From Epiperipatus broadwayi (lineage: Eukaryota > Animalia > Onychophora), in assembly GCA_028023455.1 (NCBI GenBank), contig JAQFVV010000004.1, positions 20,522,001 to 20,586,000 of the forward strand: a DNA stretch of 64,000 nucleotides, given 5' to 3'. The position numbers were made by a program, and so were the translations under genes. Positions 24,975-37,930 of the stretch are shown here, piece after piece. A model generated the notes under the pieces. It ran no database searches, was not told where the DNA came from, and saw only the letters and a list, made by a program, of their open reading frames with translations. Position 1 is the stretch's first letter. Each line of letters opens with the position of its first letter.

Positions 24975-26830
24975 ATATACATAAACACATTGTAAATCCA
25001 TTGAACTTTACTTTAAACTTTTCTACACTTACCTTTAGTCCTACTTTCTTACTTTCATTTGATAACTCTTCCAACATTTCTTGAAGCTCTAAAGCATTAT
25101 TTGCAAAAACAACTACATCATCTGCAAAATTTAGGTGACTTAAATAATTTACTTTTACTCCCTTAGCTTCCCATTTTAATCCACAAAATAGTTCTTGCAA
25201 AACTGCTGCAAAAAGTTTTAGAGATATGGAATTATCCTGTTATTTACACTTCTCAATATTAATCGTCCTAGCATCATGTAATATAATTATTGCAGTTGTA
25301 TTTTTATAAATATTCTTCAGAATATGACAATATACAGGGTCTATACCTTGATGATCCAATCCTTTAATCACTGAAGAAATGCTTATAGAATCAAATGCCT
25401 TTTGATAATCTACAAATCCAAAGTATAATAGCATCTCATACTCATTGGTTCTTTCTATAATTTCTCTCAATACTTGGATATGATTCACTATACTAAAAAC
25501 ACTTTTAAATCCAGCATGTTCTTTTGGTTGGTTAAAATCCAAAGTTCACTGAAGATGAGTTGCCATTATCTTGATAAAAATTCTATATAGAACTTATAAA
25601 AGACTGATAAGTCTGTAATTTCTAATATCTTCTTTGTCACCTTTTTAAAATATTAATATGGCTTTCTTCCAAACATCTAATATATCTTTATCATTTAGAC
25701 ATATGGTATATAACTTTGCCAAAATATTTTCTATTTCTTCACCCAATTCTTTTAAGATATTGATTATAATTCCATCACTACCTAAAGCTTTTCCCTTCTT
25801 CATAAATGTAATTGCATGTCCCACTTTTTCATTTAAAATCATGGGCAATTCAGAAGATATAGTAGTTGTAGGAGATACTTTTCCTTATTCTTTGTTGTAT
25901 ATAATTCTTGATAGAACTCTTCCAGTTCCATCTTTTACTTCTTATTGCAGAAATAAATTTCTTACCAATACCATACATTCTTGAGATTTTTATTATCTTC
26001 TATAACTTTCCTTGCTAGTTCACAACTATACTTTTTTATATCATTATCAACTCTTTTTTGTACTATTTTATAAAATTTATCAATCCTTCTTAATACATCA
26101 TTTTTATATATTTTCTTCATAACTTATCTCAATAGAAATTTTATTGGTCAATTGTTACTTTTTGTACAAGCTATCTTTGTTGCAGTTTGTAAAAAATTTT
26201 TAAAAGGTCAAAATATTGGTACCACTTAGCACGAACAGATATACAAAACTGCCACATAATGCTTCAATATAAATCAAATGAATTTTCTCAAAAGAAAAAA
26301 GATTGATAATGATGAGTTAGAAGAAGTTAACAACTACAAATACCTTGGTCAAATTATTATTACAGATGGAAGCATAATGGTTGAAATTAATCATAGAATT
26401 AAATTTGGTTGGGATGCTTTTAATAGAAAAAACTTAATATTAAAAGGAAATATGCTTATGTGTTTAAAAAAGGTTTTTAATAAATGTACTTTGCCAGTTC
26501 TTACTTATAGATCTGAGATTTGGACCCTTAACAGAAAAGCAATACAGACTTCAGATCACTCAACAAAGTATGAAGAGATGCATATTAGGATTAACAAGAA
26601 AAAATAAAAAATGAAACACATAGGTGAGAGAACAAACAGATATTATTAACACTATTGAAAGAATTAAGAGACTAAAGTGGAGTTGGGCTGGACATATTGC
26701 TAAAAGAGATGATAATAGATGGACAGTTAAAATCTTAAAAGGGATTCCAAGAGACTGTAAAAGATTTAAAAAGAGATGACATATGGACAAGGTAGGCACT
26801 ATGAGGTCAATTAGAACTGTTTTCATGTAT
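24975..26830. mobile_element. RTE-clade LINE with an inverted 5' segment (minus 26205-24975, plus 26270-26830)
   Basis: The minus piece has SDGI..ILKEL, GFVDYQKAFDS and LNFADD, ending at KVKFNG. The plus piece resumes at KIDNDELEEVNNYKYLGQ and continues to WSWAGHIA. Confidence 0.85.
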
Positions 26831-27059
26831 TGTAAAGAGCTACACCATATTATTTAAATACACAAAAATAAATACATATTGCCAAATTTTATTTAACTTA
26901 ATTAATATAATGACATATTCTACACAAGTTTGAAGTGCTGCATAAAGTATATAAGAACATATAATTAAAAGAAAAAAATAAAATACAAAATAATTATTTC
27001 AAAATTTTAATATTAAAAATAAAATATAATAAAAATTCATTAATAAAAAGTATAACATT

Positions 27060-28230
27060 TAATGAAGATCTTTGGTCAAATCTTTGAAATTTGGCATATA
27101 ATGTATTAAAGCAGTCTGCAGCAATTCTGTGAGATGCTGATTGGATAATAATGAACTATATTTCGATTTCACGAACTTCATTGTGGAGTATAATGATTCA
27201 GAGCAATATGTTGTACCAAAAATTGAAATTAGATAGCAGTACCTTTTTTAAGTTTGGATATTTTGATTCTGGCATAAGTTTCCAAAATTCAATTAAAGAA
27301 TTAGATTTGTGATGCATTTGCAATGCCCAATCCTTTTTCATCTCTAAAAACTCCAATTCCCAAGCCCTTTTTCCACAAGTATTATTTCAGAAATTGGAAA
27401 TCCATCTTCAATAATATCACAAATAAATGGGTTCATAAAATATGCAAATGTAGATTTAAAACTTTTCAAATCTTTAAACTAACATTTGAAATCCGCTTGC
27501 AATCCTTCCCATTTTTCTTTATATTCATCTAATTTTTCTTCTTTGATATTGGTTATATTTACTTTTACTTCTGGAAAATGATTAAATATTCTGGACTTAA
27601 AAAAATCGAAGTTTAGCTTCAAAACTAAAAACAGTTTTAGGCAAATTACTAATCATTTTCCCTTTTCTTGTAAAGCCAAATTGTTTGCAAATGTTCCATG
27701 ATGTCTGTAAAAAACATTAAGTCAGAAAACCAAGTTTCATTTTCTAATTCTGAAATTTTTTTTACCTTTTTCTTTTAAAAATGTTATGATAGGATTTAGG
27801 AGTTCCACAAAATGGCTCAAACCATTGTAAGTTGACAACCATCTTATAACAGACCATAAGGAAATATCACTGTGCAATTCATCTGTTTCGTCATTTAATT
27901 CTTTTAAAATGTTCTTAAATTGATGGTGTGTTTTGGTAATTGTTCTAATTAAATTCATAATCTGGAAAACAATCTTCCCTGCATTTTTGTATTTTAAATA
28001 CTTCGCTCACAGTGAATTATGTAGTAAAAGGTATAATAAGTGAAATTTTAGTATAATTATTTAAAAGACCAGTAAGACCTAGGATTTTCCTCTATCATTG
28101 CAGGGGATCTGCCAGTCGCAAACCTGTTTATTATCTCATCAGGCACATTTTCTTAACCTGTACACATCTTTAGAAAGCTTGTGCTGATGCTGCATAAAAA
28201 TTACACATCACAAACAAGTTTAAATTGTTT
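27060..28230 (-). mobile_element. Decayed hAT transposase (GTF2IRD2/EPM2AIP1-like) C-terminal part
   Basis: Remnants FATG.SPAM, IIHCE, HHQFKNILKEL...VIRWLS, FFTDIMEHLQ and FWKLMPESKYPNLKK (dimerisation domain). Confidence 0.85.
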
Positions 28231-28554
28231 ATAAAATAAGTCTACTTACCAGATTTTTTTGAAAAAATATGAAATAGGACATTTAGCTGTTAGTAAAACT
28301 ATCATTGAAATATACAATCACAAAACTGCACAAATCATAAATATACATGTGATCACTCCACATGCGTATGTAGTAATTTCTATAAGATTCAGAAGATGTT
28401 AACATACAGATTGTCAATATATTTCAAAATAGTATATACATACATATATGGAGGTAATTTGTAATAAAATAAGTAATAAAAAAGTTTGATAAAAATTTCT
28501 GACATAAGGTTTTCTGCAATTAAAAAAATATCTGAAATAATAAAAGTAAAATCA

Positions 28555-28740
28555 ATTTAAATGGCCGCATGCAGCTATGAGAGCGCATTTGCCCATGATT
28601 AACATATGAGATGAATGGATGAAATAAGGAAGTGTGCTGGGATAATGTGGAAAAGAGAAACTAGAAATTGGAGCTGGATTGAACATGGAAAAACCTTCAT
28701 CCTGCAATGGAATGATAATGGTTGAAATGATGATGTCATA
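28555..28740 (+). mobile_element. RTE LINE 3' end with (ATG)n tail
   Basis: ccttcatcctgcaatgga...gttgaaatgatgatg matches the reverse complement of 59148-59200. Confidence 0.65.
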
Positions 28741-28981
28741 CATACATTCCCAGTAAGGTTTATAAAAAAATGGAAGTGATTATAATTCTTCTTGACCATA
28801 AAGTAATTATGTGTGATTTTGATTATAAAAAGCTCTGCTTTTAATAACAGCTTATATTTCATCTTTCACATGTTCAAATAAATAAAAAAAAATTAAAATT
28901 TTGTCATCAGGAATGAAACTAGTTTTGTAAATCATATTTTACCATAGTTTACAATCAAATAGCTATTATATATATATATAG

Positions 28982-29715
28982 AGATAAATTATTATTTTTG
29001 GGATAAAACCGTGTATTATTTTGCATTACAATCCAATATTTTGACAGACTACCAACCGTCATTATCAAGGTTAACTTTTGAAAGAAAAATCGTTAGATTT
29101 CAAACAATAACATGACTCAGTGCGAGATGAGAAATGAGATTCAACTTGAAGTAATTCAGCATTCACAATATGAGGCTTATCAAAATGTTTATTTCCCTCA
29201 GTTTTTTCACCTATTAATTTTAAGTTAATATTAGATAAAATGAGAGATTTCCACGTAGCTGCAATACGTTGTGCTTTGTCATCCCTATTTAAACCAGTAG
29301 GTCTCTTTAATATTTCAATTGACTCTCTCAAGGTTCTTAAATCATATCTTTCCAAATTAGCAAGTATGAGAGCGTCAATTGAAATATTAAAGAGACCTAC
29401 TGGTTTAAAAAGAGCTGACGAAGCATAACGTATTCCAGCTATGTGGAAACCTCTCATTTTATCTAATATTAACTTAAAATTAATAGGTGAAAAAACTGAG
29501 GGAAATAAACATTTTGATAAGCCTCATATTGTGAATGCTGAACTATTTCAAGTTGAATCTCATTTCTCATCTCACACTGAGTCACGTTATTGTTTGAGAT
29601 CTAACAATTTTTCTTTCAAAAGTTGACCTTGATAATGGTGGTTGCTAGTCCGTCGAAATATTGAATTGTAATGCAAAATAAAACACAGTTTTATCCCAAA
29701 AATAATAATTTATCT
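28982..29715. mobile_element. Penelope-like 3'-end foldback: 349-bp arms, 36-bp spacer
   Basis: Arms 28982-29330 and 29367-29715. The minus strand reads ILANLERYDLRTLRESIEILKRPTGLNRDD..IAATWKSLI (Penelope GIY-YIG C-terminus). HHR-like motif at 29627-29662. Confidence 0.9.
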
Positions 29716-29754
29716 ACATCATACAACTGTAAAAACATTAAATATAATATATAT

Positions 29755-31643
29755 TGTACCAATATTGTATCGATACATATATAATTTTTGGCTAAAAAAT
29801 TATTAAAATAAAATTATCAGAAATAACGAGGGTTAATAAATAAATAATAAAGTATTGCAATATAATAATTTTGTCTAAAAATAATCGAAATAAAAACCTT
29901 TCGTTCAAAGAAAATAGTCAGAATAAAGTCTAAAGAGTTGTTTTTCTATTATTAGTAGTTTGAAATAAAAGTTACAATTAATTAATTTAAAAGTAATTCG
30001 GTGAAGAGAATTTGGCTTAGAAAAGATTAAAACTATAGTGGTTTAAATGATTTACATGAAAAAAGGGTAGTTGATTTTCAAATAATTAAAAATATCTCTT
30101 TTTCATTTAAGTTAAAGAAAAAGGAAATCTTAAAAACTAAAACTTGATTTTAGAAATATATATGTGCGTAAATGATGAGTGGATTTTAAAAATAGCAAAA
30201 TGTGTGTGTGTTGATAAAATAAATACATGTGTTAAATATTAAAAAATGATATAGAAGTTAAAATATAAAAACAAAAGGTGCAATGGCTACTAATTAAAAA
30301 TCCACAAAGACAACAAGTTTGCGATGGCTACTAAATGAAAACACGTAATTAAAAGCATATCTAAAGAAGTGTTCGAAAACAGTGGAGGAATTTCAACAAC
30401 AGAGATAGACGGCAGACATAAACACCAATTACCAAATGACAACAGGTCATCCTAATAAATACTCCCGTTTTTTCATCAGACAAAAGAGTTCAGATTGCAG
30501 TCAGTTCAGTTCAGTAATTAATCAGTTCAGATTGCAGTTCAGTTCAGTCAATCAATCAAGCAATCTGTTATGTATCCAGAATCAGAGACCATGCTGTGTT
30601 GAACAGCTTTTAGGAATATACAATCTTGCTTCAGTCCTTAGTCTAATAGATCAGCAATTTGCCCTGTAAAAGTGATGTCTGTGTAACAATCTGAAGCTGC
30701 CCGATGTCTAACTGTATTTAAGAATAGTACCATAGAAATACTAAGCATAAAACCTCGAATCCAGCCGGCTGGAAATATTTTCACGTGAAGTAACAACCAG
30801 CAAGAAGACAAGGTCCTATTGAAAATAAAGTTCACAGCAAAAAGCAAGAAGTATCCACGTTCTAAAATCCTAGGTAACAACAATTTCTTATTTCCATTTA
30901 AAGTAGCCATTGCAATAGTTTAAAGCCTCCCAGAGTCAAATAATAATGAACTCTATAGCATGCATAAAGAACTGTTGATGTGCGTGTTTTGAAAGGTCGT
31001 GTATGTTAAATGCTTGAAAATATTTTATATTGATTTCATGTATATATTTAAATGTCAATATTATTTAATGCTTGTATTATATTCTAGTTTATTATATGAA
31101 TTCAGAGAGTGTGCATGGTCATTATAGGTAATTATCATTGTCTGATTTAAATAAGTAGTCTAAAAGTCAGAAGAATAAATGTTTAGTTAAATAAATTATC
31201 TTTAAACTTAAAGCCTGTCGGTCAATTCTTTTTACCACTAATCAAAGCAATAATTTGTTATGTATTACAATAGACTGAGCTAGTCATGGGATATTTCGAT
31301 CGCTGGATTATGGGCCTACTGTACAAACACGTTAGTTCTAGTAACTAGCTGGCGCCCGGGGTTTACTTCAAAACAAATAAAGTGCTTGGATAGTAGGGGG
31401 TTGAATCTAGCAGTCAAGGTGGGCCACGGTCTGGAAATGTGTTATGCGTTGCATAGCTTGGTCTGACTGTGGGTATTGTTGTTAGCTCTGCTATCGATGA
31501 TATTCTCCCCTCTGCTCAGAGGGCTGGTTCGTTCACGTAATATTTATAATATAAGATTATAAATTTATGATAAATAAGGTTTGAACCCAGTTAAACCTAG
31601 CAAGTAGAGTACGCTGGATCTTCTACTGATAGGACCCGGCACA
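29755..31643. mobile_element. ~1.9-kb LTR-like (solo-LTR-type) element
   Basis: Starts TGTACC and ends GGCACA, flanked by ATAT on both sides (29751-29754, 31644-31647). No coding capacity. Homologous blocks to 60390-62262. Confidence 0.6.
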
Positions 31644-32080
31644 ATATATATATCATCTTTTATTTCATAACAGCTCAGTATATGGTGCTTTAATCTAATA
31701 ATACATGTAAATATACTGTAGTTAAATATATATATGTGAGTGTGTGGATTAAATGAAATAATGGAGAAAAAATCTGTTATATTAGCAACGTATTTTTTAC
31801 ATCATGACGCACAAAAGTAAAAATCCAAGTTTATTTTTAACAAATAATACTCAGAGATGGTAATAAGTATCTGACAGTTACTATTGTCTTCATAAAGTTA
31901 TGCAATAAAATTTCAGATCAATATGATGCTAAAACAGGTCAAAATATTGGTGCCAATTAGCAGAAGCAGATATCCAAAAGTGTTGAACCATATAAAGTTT
32001 CAATATAATTACAAGCACTAAATATGGGAGAATGTAGTCTAGGATACTGATCAAATATTATATTATAGTATACTATAGAG

Positions 32081-35000
32081 TAGGGGTCCCCAATGTTTTT
32101 TCTTTTTGGCACCCCTTGACTAGACTTTTCATTTATAAGTACCCCTCCTCTCATAGATCCCCACCCATTAATCCCACTCATACAATATGGCTTTTATTAT
32201 TATTATTATACTGTATAATATTCTTAGGTTAACTATAATTAACAGTCAAATTAATGGTAAATTTTGGGTTTTATATTTTAGTTCACATATTAGACTTCAG
32301 TTTTTTATAAAAGCAAAAAAAAAAGCATTAAAATAAATTTTTGATCACATTAATTTATAATGAAAATTCATACAAACAGTCAATGATTTTTCTTAATATA
32401 CACAAGTCTTCAAATGTAGCACTTCATAATCATTTCAATGTGATCCAAATGAAGACAGCTACATGTTTATTTAATAAAGGCATAGGATGAAAATGTTGAT
32501 TCAATTCATAAAAGGTAATAAATACCTTAATGTTTTATCACTGAGATCTGGGTATTCTTCTTTCATTACTGCCCAGAAATCAATGACATTTCATTTTTTT
32601 AAAGTCATATTGTAAAGAAGAATCAGTCAAAAATTCAATCAGTTTTTTTTTCTTTTCTGATATGAATAATTTTCTGGTTTGTTGAAAGAACAGTTCTTTG
32701 AATCGATTTGAAATCCAATTATTTTCACTATTATACTTTGGAAAGTATTGCCTGAACAACATCTTTAGTCCTTTTAAGTAAGCTACTATACTAAATTTTA
32801 CTTCTTTTGACAATTTCAGCTCATTCTCAGATAAGAAACTTGAAGTGTCTCAAAAACTTCAGACTACACTTTATTGATACAACATTTCTTAATCATAGCC
32901 TCGATTTTGTCACACATTTTAAAGATGGTTATGGAACTGTACTGTAATCCTAAGTTAAGTTTATTTATTTCTGAAAAAATATCAGATACGTACACAAGTT
33001 GTTGAAGCTATTCGGTTTCATGAAACTTAGAACTTAATTCAAAATTATGATCTTCAAAAAAAACTTGCTCAATTCAACCAATCATATGACTAACTTCAGT
33101 ATGCAAAAGCAATGTTATATAGAGGCTGTCATCTCTTCATACAAAGAGTTGAATAGTCTGGACTTTGCTGAACTGGTTTTAATAAAATTAACAGCTTTTA
33201 TAGATTGACTGAGCAATCCTTCAACGAATATGGTAGAAATTTGGTCATAAACTTTGTCTCTGTATACAGCAATGAGTCAAAGTTTTACAGGAGGAGCAAT
33301 TTCTTTGATATGACCGTGTAAACGTATCTAATAGCCAAGACATAGATTATCCACTATCCATACAAACACCTCACAAATTGATCCAATCTATTTTTTTTTT
33401 ATAAAAATAATCCTGAATGGGATCAAACATGTTCTCACACGTGCATCTTTCTGAAAGGGGATAGCATAATAAAAAATTTTCCTTAAAAATGTTATCATTT
33501 AAATATCTTGCAATAAACAAAATTCGCAAATTGAAAACACTAGTGCGTTCATTCACCTGTATAGAAAAGGGGCTTTTTTTATTTTCTCAATTACTGTCGA
33601 TTCGATGTCATCAGACATTTCCTTAATTCTATGAGAAATTGTATTATTTGAAAATGAAATAGTGTTAATTTCTTGGACATGGTCATCACTGAACATACAT
33701 TGAACATGAAATTATAACAGTTTCAATAGATGTATGGTTTTTACCACTTTTAACAATAGGGTAACTTATTTTGTATGATGATTCAACTGCATTTTCATTG
33801 TCTTTATTTGCAGATAGCACAAAAGAAATTAGATTCGGACCACTTAATAGCTGCTGGAAAAACTGCCTTTTTTTTTCTACATATATTGATGTTTTGCCTG
33901 TAAATGGCGCATTAATAAAGATGGCTGCATGGCACTGTTAGATAACATCTCTACCCAAACATCGCACAGTGGCTTTGGATAGTCGGCATCTCCTATGAAT
34001 GAAAAAGTGGAGGTTTGATGTTTTGAGCTTTTTTAATAATGCTAACTTTATATTTTGCCATGATAAGCCCATCAGTTGCTACACGCTTATCACCTTGTGC
34101 TTTTAAATCACCACGATGCTTTGAAGTACTTGCTGGCGACTCAACGAATTGATTTTCAAAATTAGTTGTAGCTCTTTTAAGAGTTCCTATTTTCAACCAC
34201 TTACATTTTAGGACACAAAATATTAAAAATTATTTGAAAAAAATTAAAAAAAGCTAACTAAGCACTCAAATCGTGGGAAATTTAATTGAAAAATAAAAGT
34301 AAATTACCTGCTTTCAATTGCTCTTTAAGAAAATTTTGCGGAAGAGATTAAATGTGGGATCGTAAAATATGAGTTGGCTAGTGACACCTAATTATTAAAA
34401 AATTACTAGGAATGTGTCTATTTATTTATTTTATTCACTTCCCGAGAAAGCTATTACACTTACAGCACAAATAAATAATATTCAGATGTCTCTGAAAGCT
34501 CTCATTTGAAAACTCATTATTAAAATTTTTAAATTTGAATTCAAACAAGCCCTCTTAAAGCTGCTTTACACTTTCAAATTTTTTCAAATTATTTGATATA
34601 ATTATTTGAAAGCTTAAAAAATTACAGACATTTGAAGAAATGTGAAAGTGTAAATGGCTGCTGAACAACAATTTGAAAGCTGTCAAATTTTTTTGTGGTT
34701 TGATGAGAAGATTGAAAAACTTGCAAATATTTTAACAATAATCTGAAAGTCTAAAAGCTTTTTCAAATAATTTGATAGTTTCTTAGCCATTTGAAAAAGC
34801 TTTTGTAGTGTTCACATCGCAGAAAAAATTTTTGGTTGAATTTATTAAAAGTAAAAAGGGAAAAATGAATTATTCAAATGCAAAATATCGTCTTTACAAA
34901 GAATTAACCGAAATATATTAATGTATTACTTGTTTGTAGACATTAAGTCAGACAAATATAGAAATAAAATTTTAAACGACAAGATGTATAAAAATTTATT

Positions 35001-36283
35001 GGAAACACAATATATTTTATATATTATAATTTATGTATCCAACAGAAAAATTAAGACAATTGTCCACTGAAAATGAAAAAGTCAGTAATGCATGTTAAAA
35101 ATCGACATGATGACAATTTGGCAATTAAAATACAAATTCCTAGACTTGAAAAATTGTAAATTAATGAATAGTAGCAAATGGTAATTGCTTGGGAGATTTC
35201 CAAAGTACTAAAACTTATTTGAAAGAAATTAGTTACAAAAGAGAAGCTGAAAAAAAACTAATTGAGGGGATTGGAGAACAACTTAGGGAAATAAGGTTTC
35301 ATTCTAAATATAATGTTATTTAAATTCATTATTTTGTAAAAATGTTTATTTTTACAAAATTTTTAGTCCATTTATTTATTTTATTTTAGTTTCCATTTCA
35401 TCTTCTTCACATAATGCTATCCCAACAAAAACTCTATTGCACACTCGTAAGTTTTTATTGTATTTTCATGACATGTTGACACAGCAATAATCAAAAGTAT
35501 ACTAATATTTGTCAAATAATTTGAAACTGTAAAGTTATACAGCTTTTAAGCTTTCAAATAATTATAACAAATAATTTGAAAATATTTGAAAGTGTAAAAG
35601 TGCTTTAGACTTCGCCATGCAAAAATTTTACACTCTATAATTCTTCTACTGTTGTAATATCTATAGAACATCATATACACATTTAAGCACATATTTAATA
35701 TAGAACACTAAAAGGTAAAATAATACATACAATGGGCTTATTATTATTTACTTTTATCCATTCTTATTACTCTTTCCATTGGTTTGTTTTTGTAAATTAA
35801 ATGTAAAGATGCTCCTAATAATTCTATTGTAGCTTTGATCGTAGAGTTTTGTATGATTGTGTAAATTGTAAATTAATATAAAAGATTATATAATAGTCAA
35901 TACACTCAAATTTTGTAATATTTTGTTTTTACAAAAAAAAAAAAAAATATGAAAAAATTAAGCATAAATTTGATACATTTGTATTGTATATGAATATTTA
36001 CACCATATCAAAGAATTTAAATATAAAATTTTTAATAACGATTTTTCAAATGAGAGCTTTCATAACTGTGCCCATTTTCTCATAAGTAGATAAGATATCT
36101 GGTTATGATTTATCTCTGCTTACAGTTCTCTTTGTAAACCTAAATTATAACACTGTTTTTGTTTTTAAATTTTAACACTTTATTGCTTTTGCTTTCCGCC
36201 ATTACGAATAATATTTTCACATATCCCCAATCGGTCCACCATGTACCCCCAGGGGTACACATATCACAGGTTGGGAACCATTT
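32081..36283 (-). mobile_element. hAT DNA transposon (Buster/Charlie, ZBED5/SCAND3-like), decayed, with TIRs and an 8-bp TSD
   Basis: TIRs taggggtccccaa / ttgggaaccattt. TSD CTATAGAG at 32073-32080 and 36284-36291 (nnnTAnnn). Transposase remnants 34196-32400, e.g. LFIARYLNDNIFKENFLLCYPLSERCT..IDW and SKEVKF..AYL. Confidence 0.9.
34493..36062. repeat. Two nested inverted-repeat pairs (MITE-like) inside the hAT 5' region
   Basis: Outer pair 34493-34530 / 36025-36062. Inner pair ~34556-34640 / ~35510-35610. Confidence 0.6.
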
Positions 36284-36414
36284 CTATAGAGAATATAAGT
36301 AGTTTGTAAATCATAGTAACTTATATTATTTTAATAAAAGTATTATAGTTATTTTTACTATTATGTTTAATTATTGTTTACATATCAAGTAAAATTCCAA
36401 AATTTTCTACTTAC

Positions 36415-36494
36415 CTCGATATAATTACAGTTCCTGGACAATAAAATGGATTGCAAACCATATTCGTATATGCATTATGTATTCTGCGAAACAT
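36415..36494 (-). CDS. TRAPPC2L: TRAPPC2L coding exon: MFRRIHNAYTNMVCNPFYCPGTVIIS
   Basis: 80 nt between ttgtag and gtaagt. Matches the [21 protein letters not shown] motif of TRAPPC2L as I recall it. Confidence 0.93.
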
Positions 36495-36576
36495 CTACAA
36501 AAAATAAATATAAATAAAAACAAAAAATTCTTCTACAAATATTATTATAGACTTGCAATTAATTTTTTCTTTTTAC

Positions 36577-36664
36577 CATTCTGATTTCATTATCCCTCAA
36601 AAGTGTATTTGAAGATTCAACTACAATTATAAATTTTATTTTAGTATTTGTTACATATCCATAT
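36577..36664 (-). CDS. TRAPPC2L: TRAPPC2L coding exon: (V)[29 protein letters not shown]
   Basis: 88 nt, tacag acceptor and gtaaaa donor. An 82-nt intron separates it from the next exon. Matches [29 protein letters not shown]. Confidence 0.93.
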
Positions 36665-36719
36665 CTGTAAAAAAAAAAAAGTTAAGAAAATTTTCTTAAA
36701 TCTTAAAAATAAAATCATT

Positions 36720-36960
36720 TTAACTAGGCTTGACGACTTTAAAATAAAGGTCTCTCTAACAGCCTTCAAAAAGGAACAGTGGAGAAGGCACAGTTCAATC
36801 TGTAGCTAACCAACTGATAAGATAGTGGCGTTTTCCATTTCTTGTTTTGTATTCTAATTATGAGTAGCTAAATACTTCCTTATCTACTAACTCTGATCAG
36901 ATTCACACCTCTAATCTTGAACAGGGCATACAGATGTGCTAACCAGTATACATAACTCTC
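36720..36960 (-). mobile_element. Possible decayed tRNA-derived SINE
   Basis: The minus strand begins ..tatactggttagcacatctg...agaggtgtgaatct, resembling degenerate A and B boxes. Confidence 0.3.
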
Positions 36961-37379
36961 TTCATATTTATGTATTTATTTACATGAGGAATAAAAATGA
37001 GGAAGAATGCAGATTATTAAAATAATCGATATGTATATAAATATTATATTGCTATTGGTAAAAAAAAAAAAAACATCTTTGAAACTTCAACATAAACTTA
37101 GACAAAATAATAAAATAACTTTTAAAAAATCAGTTAAAAAATAGAACTATGAACAACAACAACAAAAAAAAATCTTAAATTTTTTAAAAAAAGATGAAAA
37201 CAGAGGAGGAACTGTATTTTTCTTTATTGTCCTATATTTCTGCTTCTCATCTAAATAGAAAACACTACACATTAAATTTTATTGAAATATAAACTATCTA
37301 TATTGAAATAAGGTTAACAACTATTATATATATTACTGCTAGATAATACGTCTATAATCCATTATATTACATTGAAGTG

Positions 37380-37930
37380 GAAAACATATTCACACAAAGT
37401 GATAATAATCATCAACTCTCCACTTGAAATATTTTTTTGATGTTATCTAATAATTAATTTCCACTTTTCTCTAGTATCCCTATCTTTCTTTATGTTTCAT
37501 AACTATCAATTCATACAATCATTCTTTCTTTGGTCTTGTCCATTTTCATTTCTTTGATAGTATTCACTCCATTGCCTATCACCTATTCCTTTCATATAGT
37601 TTTTCTATATATCATGTAATTTTTTATTAATGTCTTCTTTACTAATTGTTTTTGTACAATATTGTCATACATTTTCTAATTACAACCTTTTTATTTCTTA
37701 TAAGTTATTCTATAGATTTCAGATCCATCCTTATGATAAAATAATTGCTCAATATTTCAAATGTATAGTCTCTTATTTTCTTTATTCCAAAGTAATCCAT
37801 TTATGCAACCCATTTGCTTTCTTGCACATATTACTTTTATGCTTATCTCTTGATAAGCAATGCTTCTTGACTAAAGTTGGCCCCTAAATATTTATAATCA
37901 CTTCTTTTTATATCTGTAGATACACTTTTT
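37380..37930 (-). mobile_element. Decayed RTE LINE fragment (EN-RT linker)
   Basis: K/E-rich linker remnants on the minus strand resembling 25990-26200 and 63300-63700. Confidence 0.45.

Noticed and set aside
30480-30560. CAGTT/CAGATTG repeats as a CRISPR-like or spacer array
   Set aside because: Simple low-complexity repeat inside a eukaryotic LTR-like element; no unique spacers.
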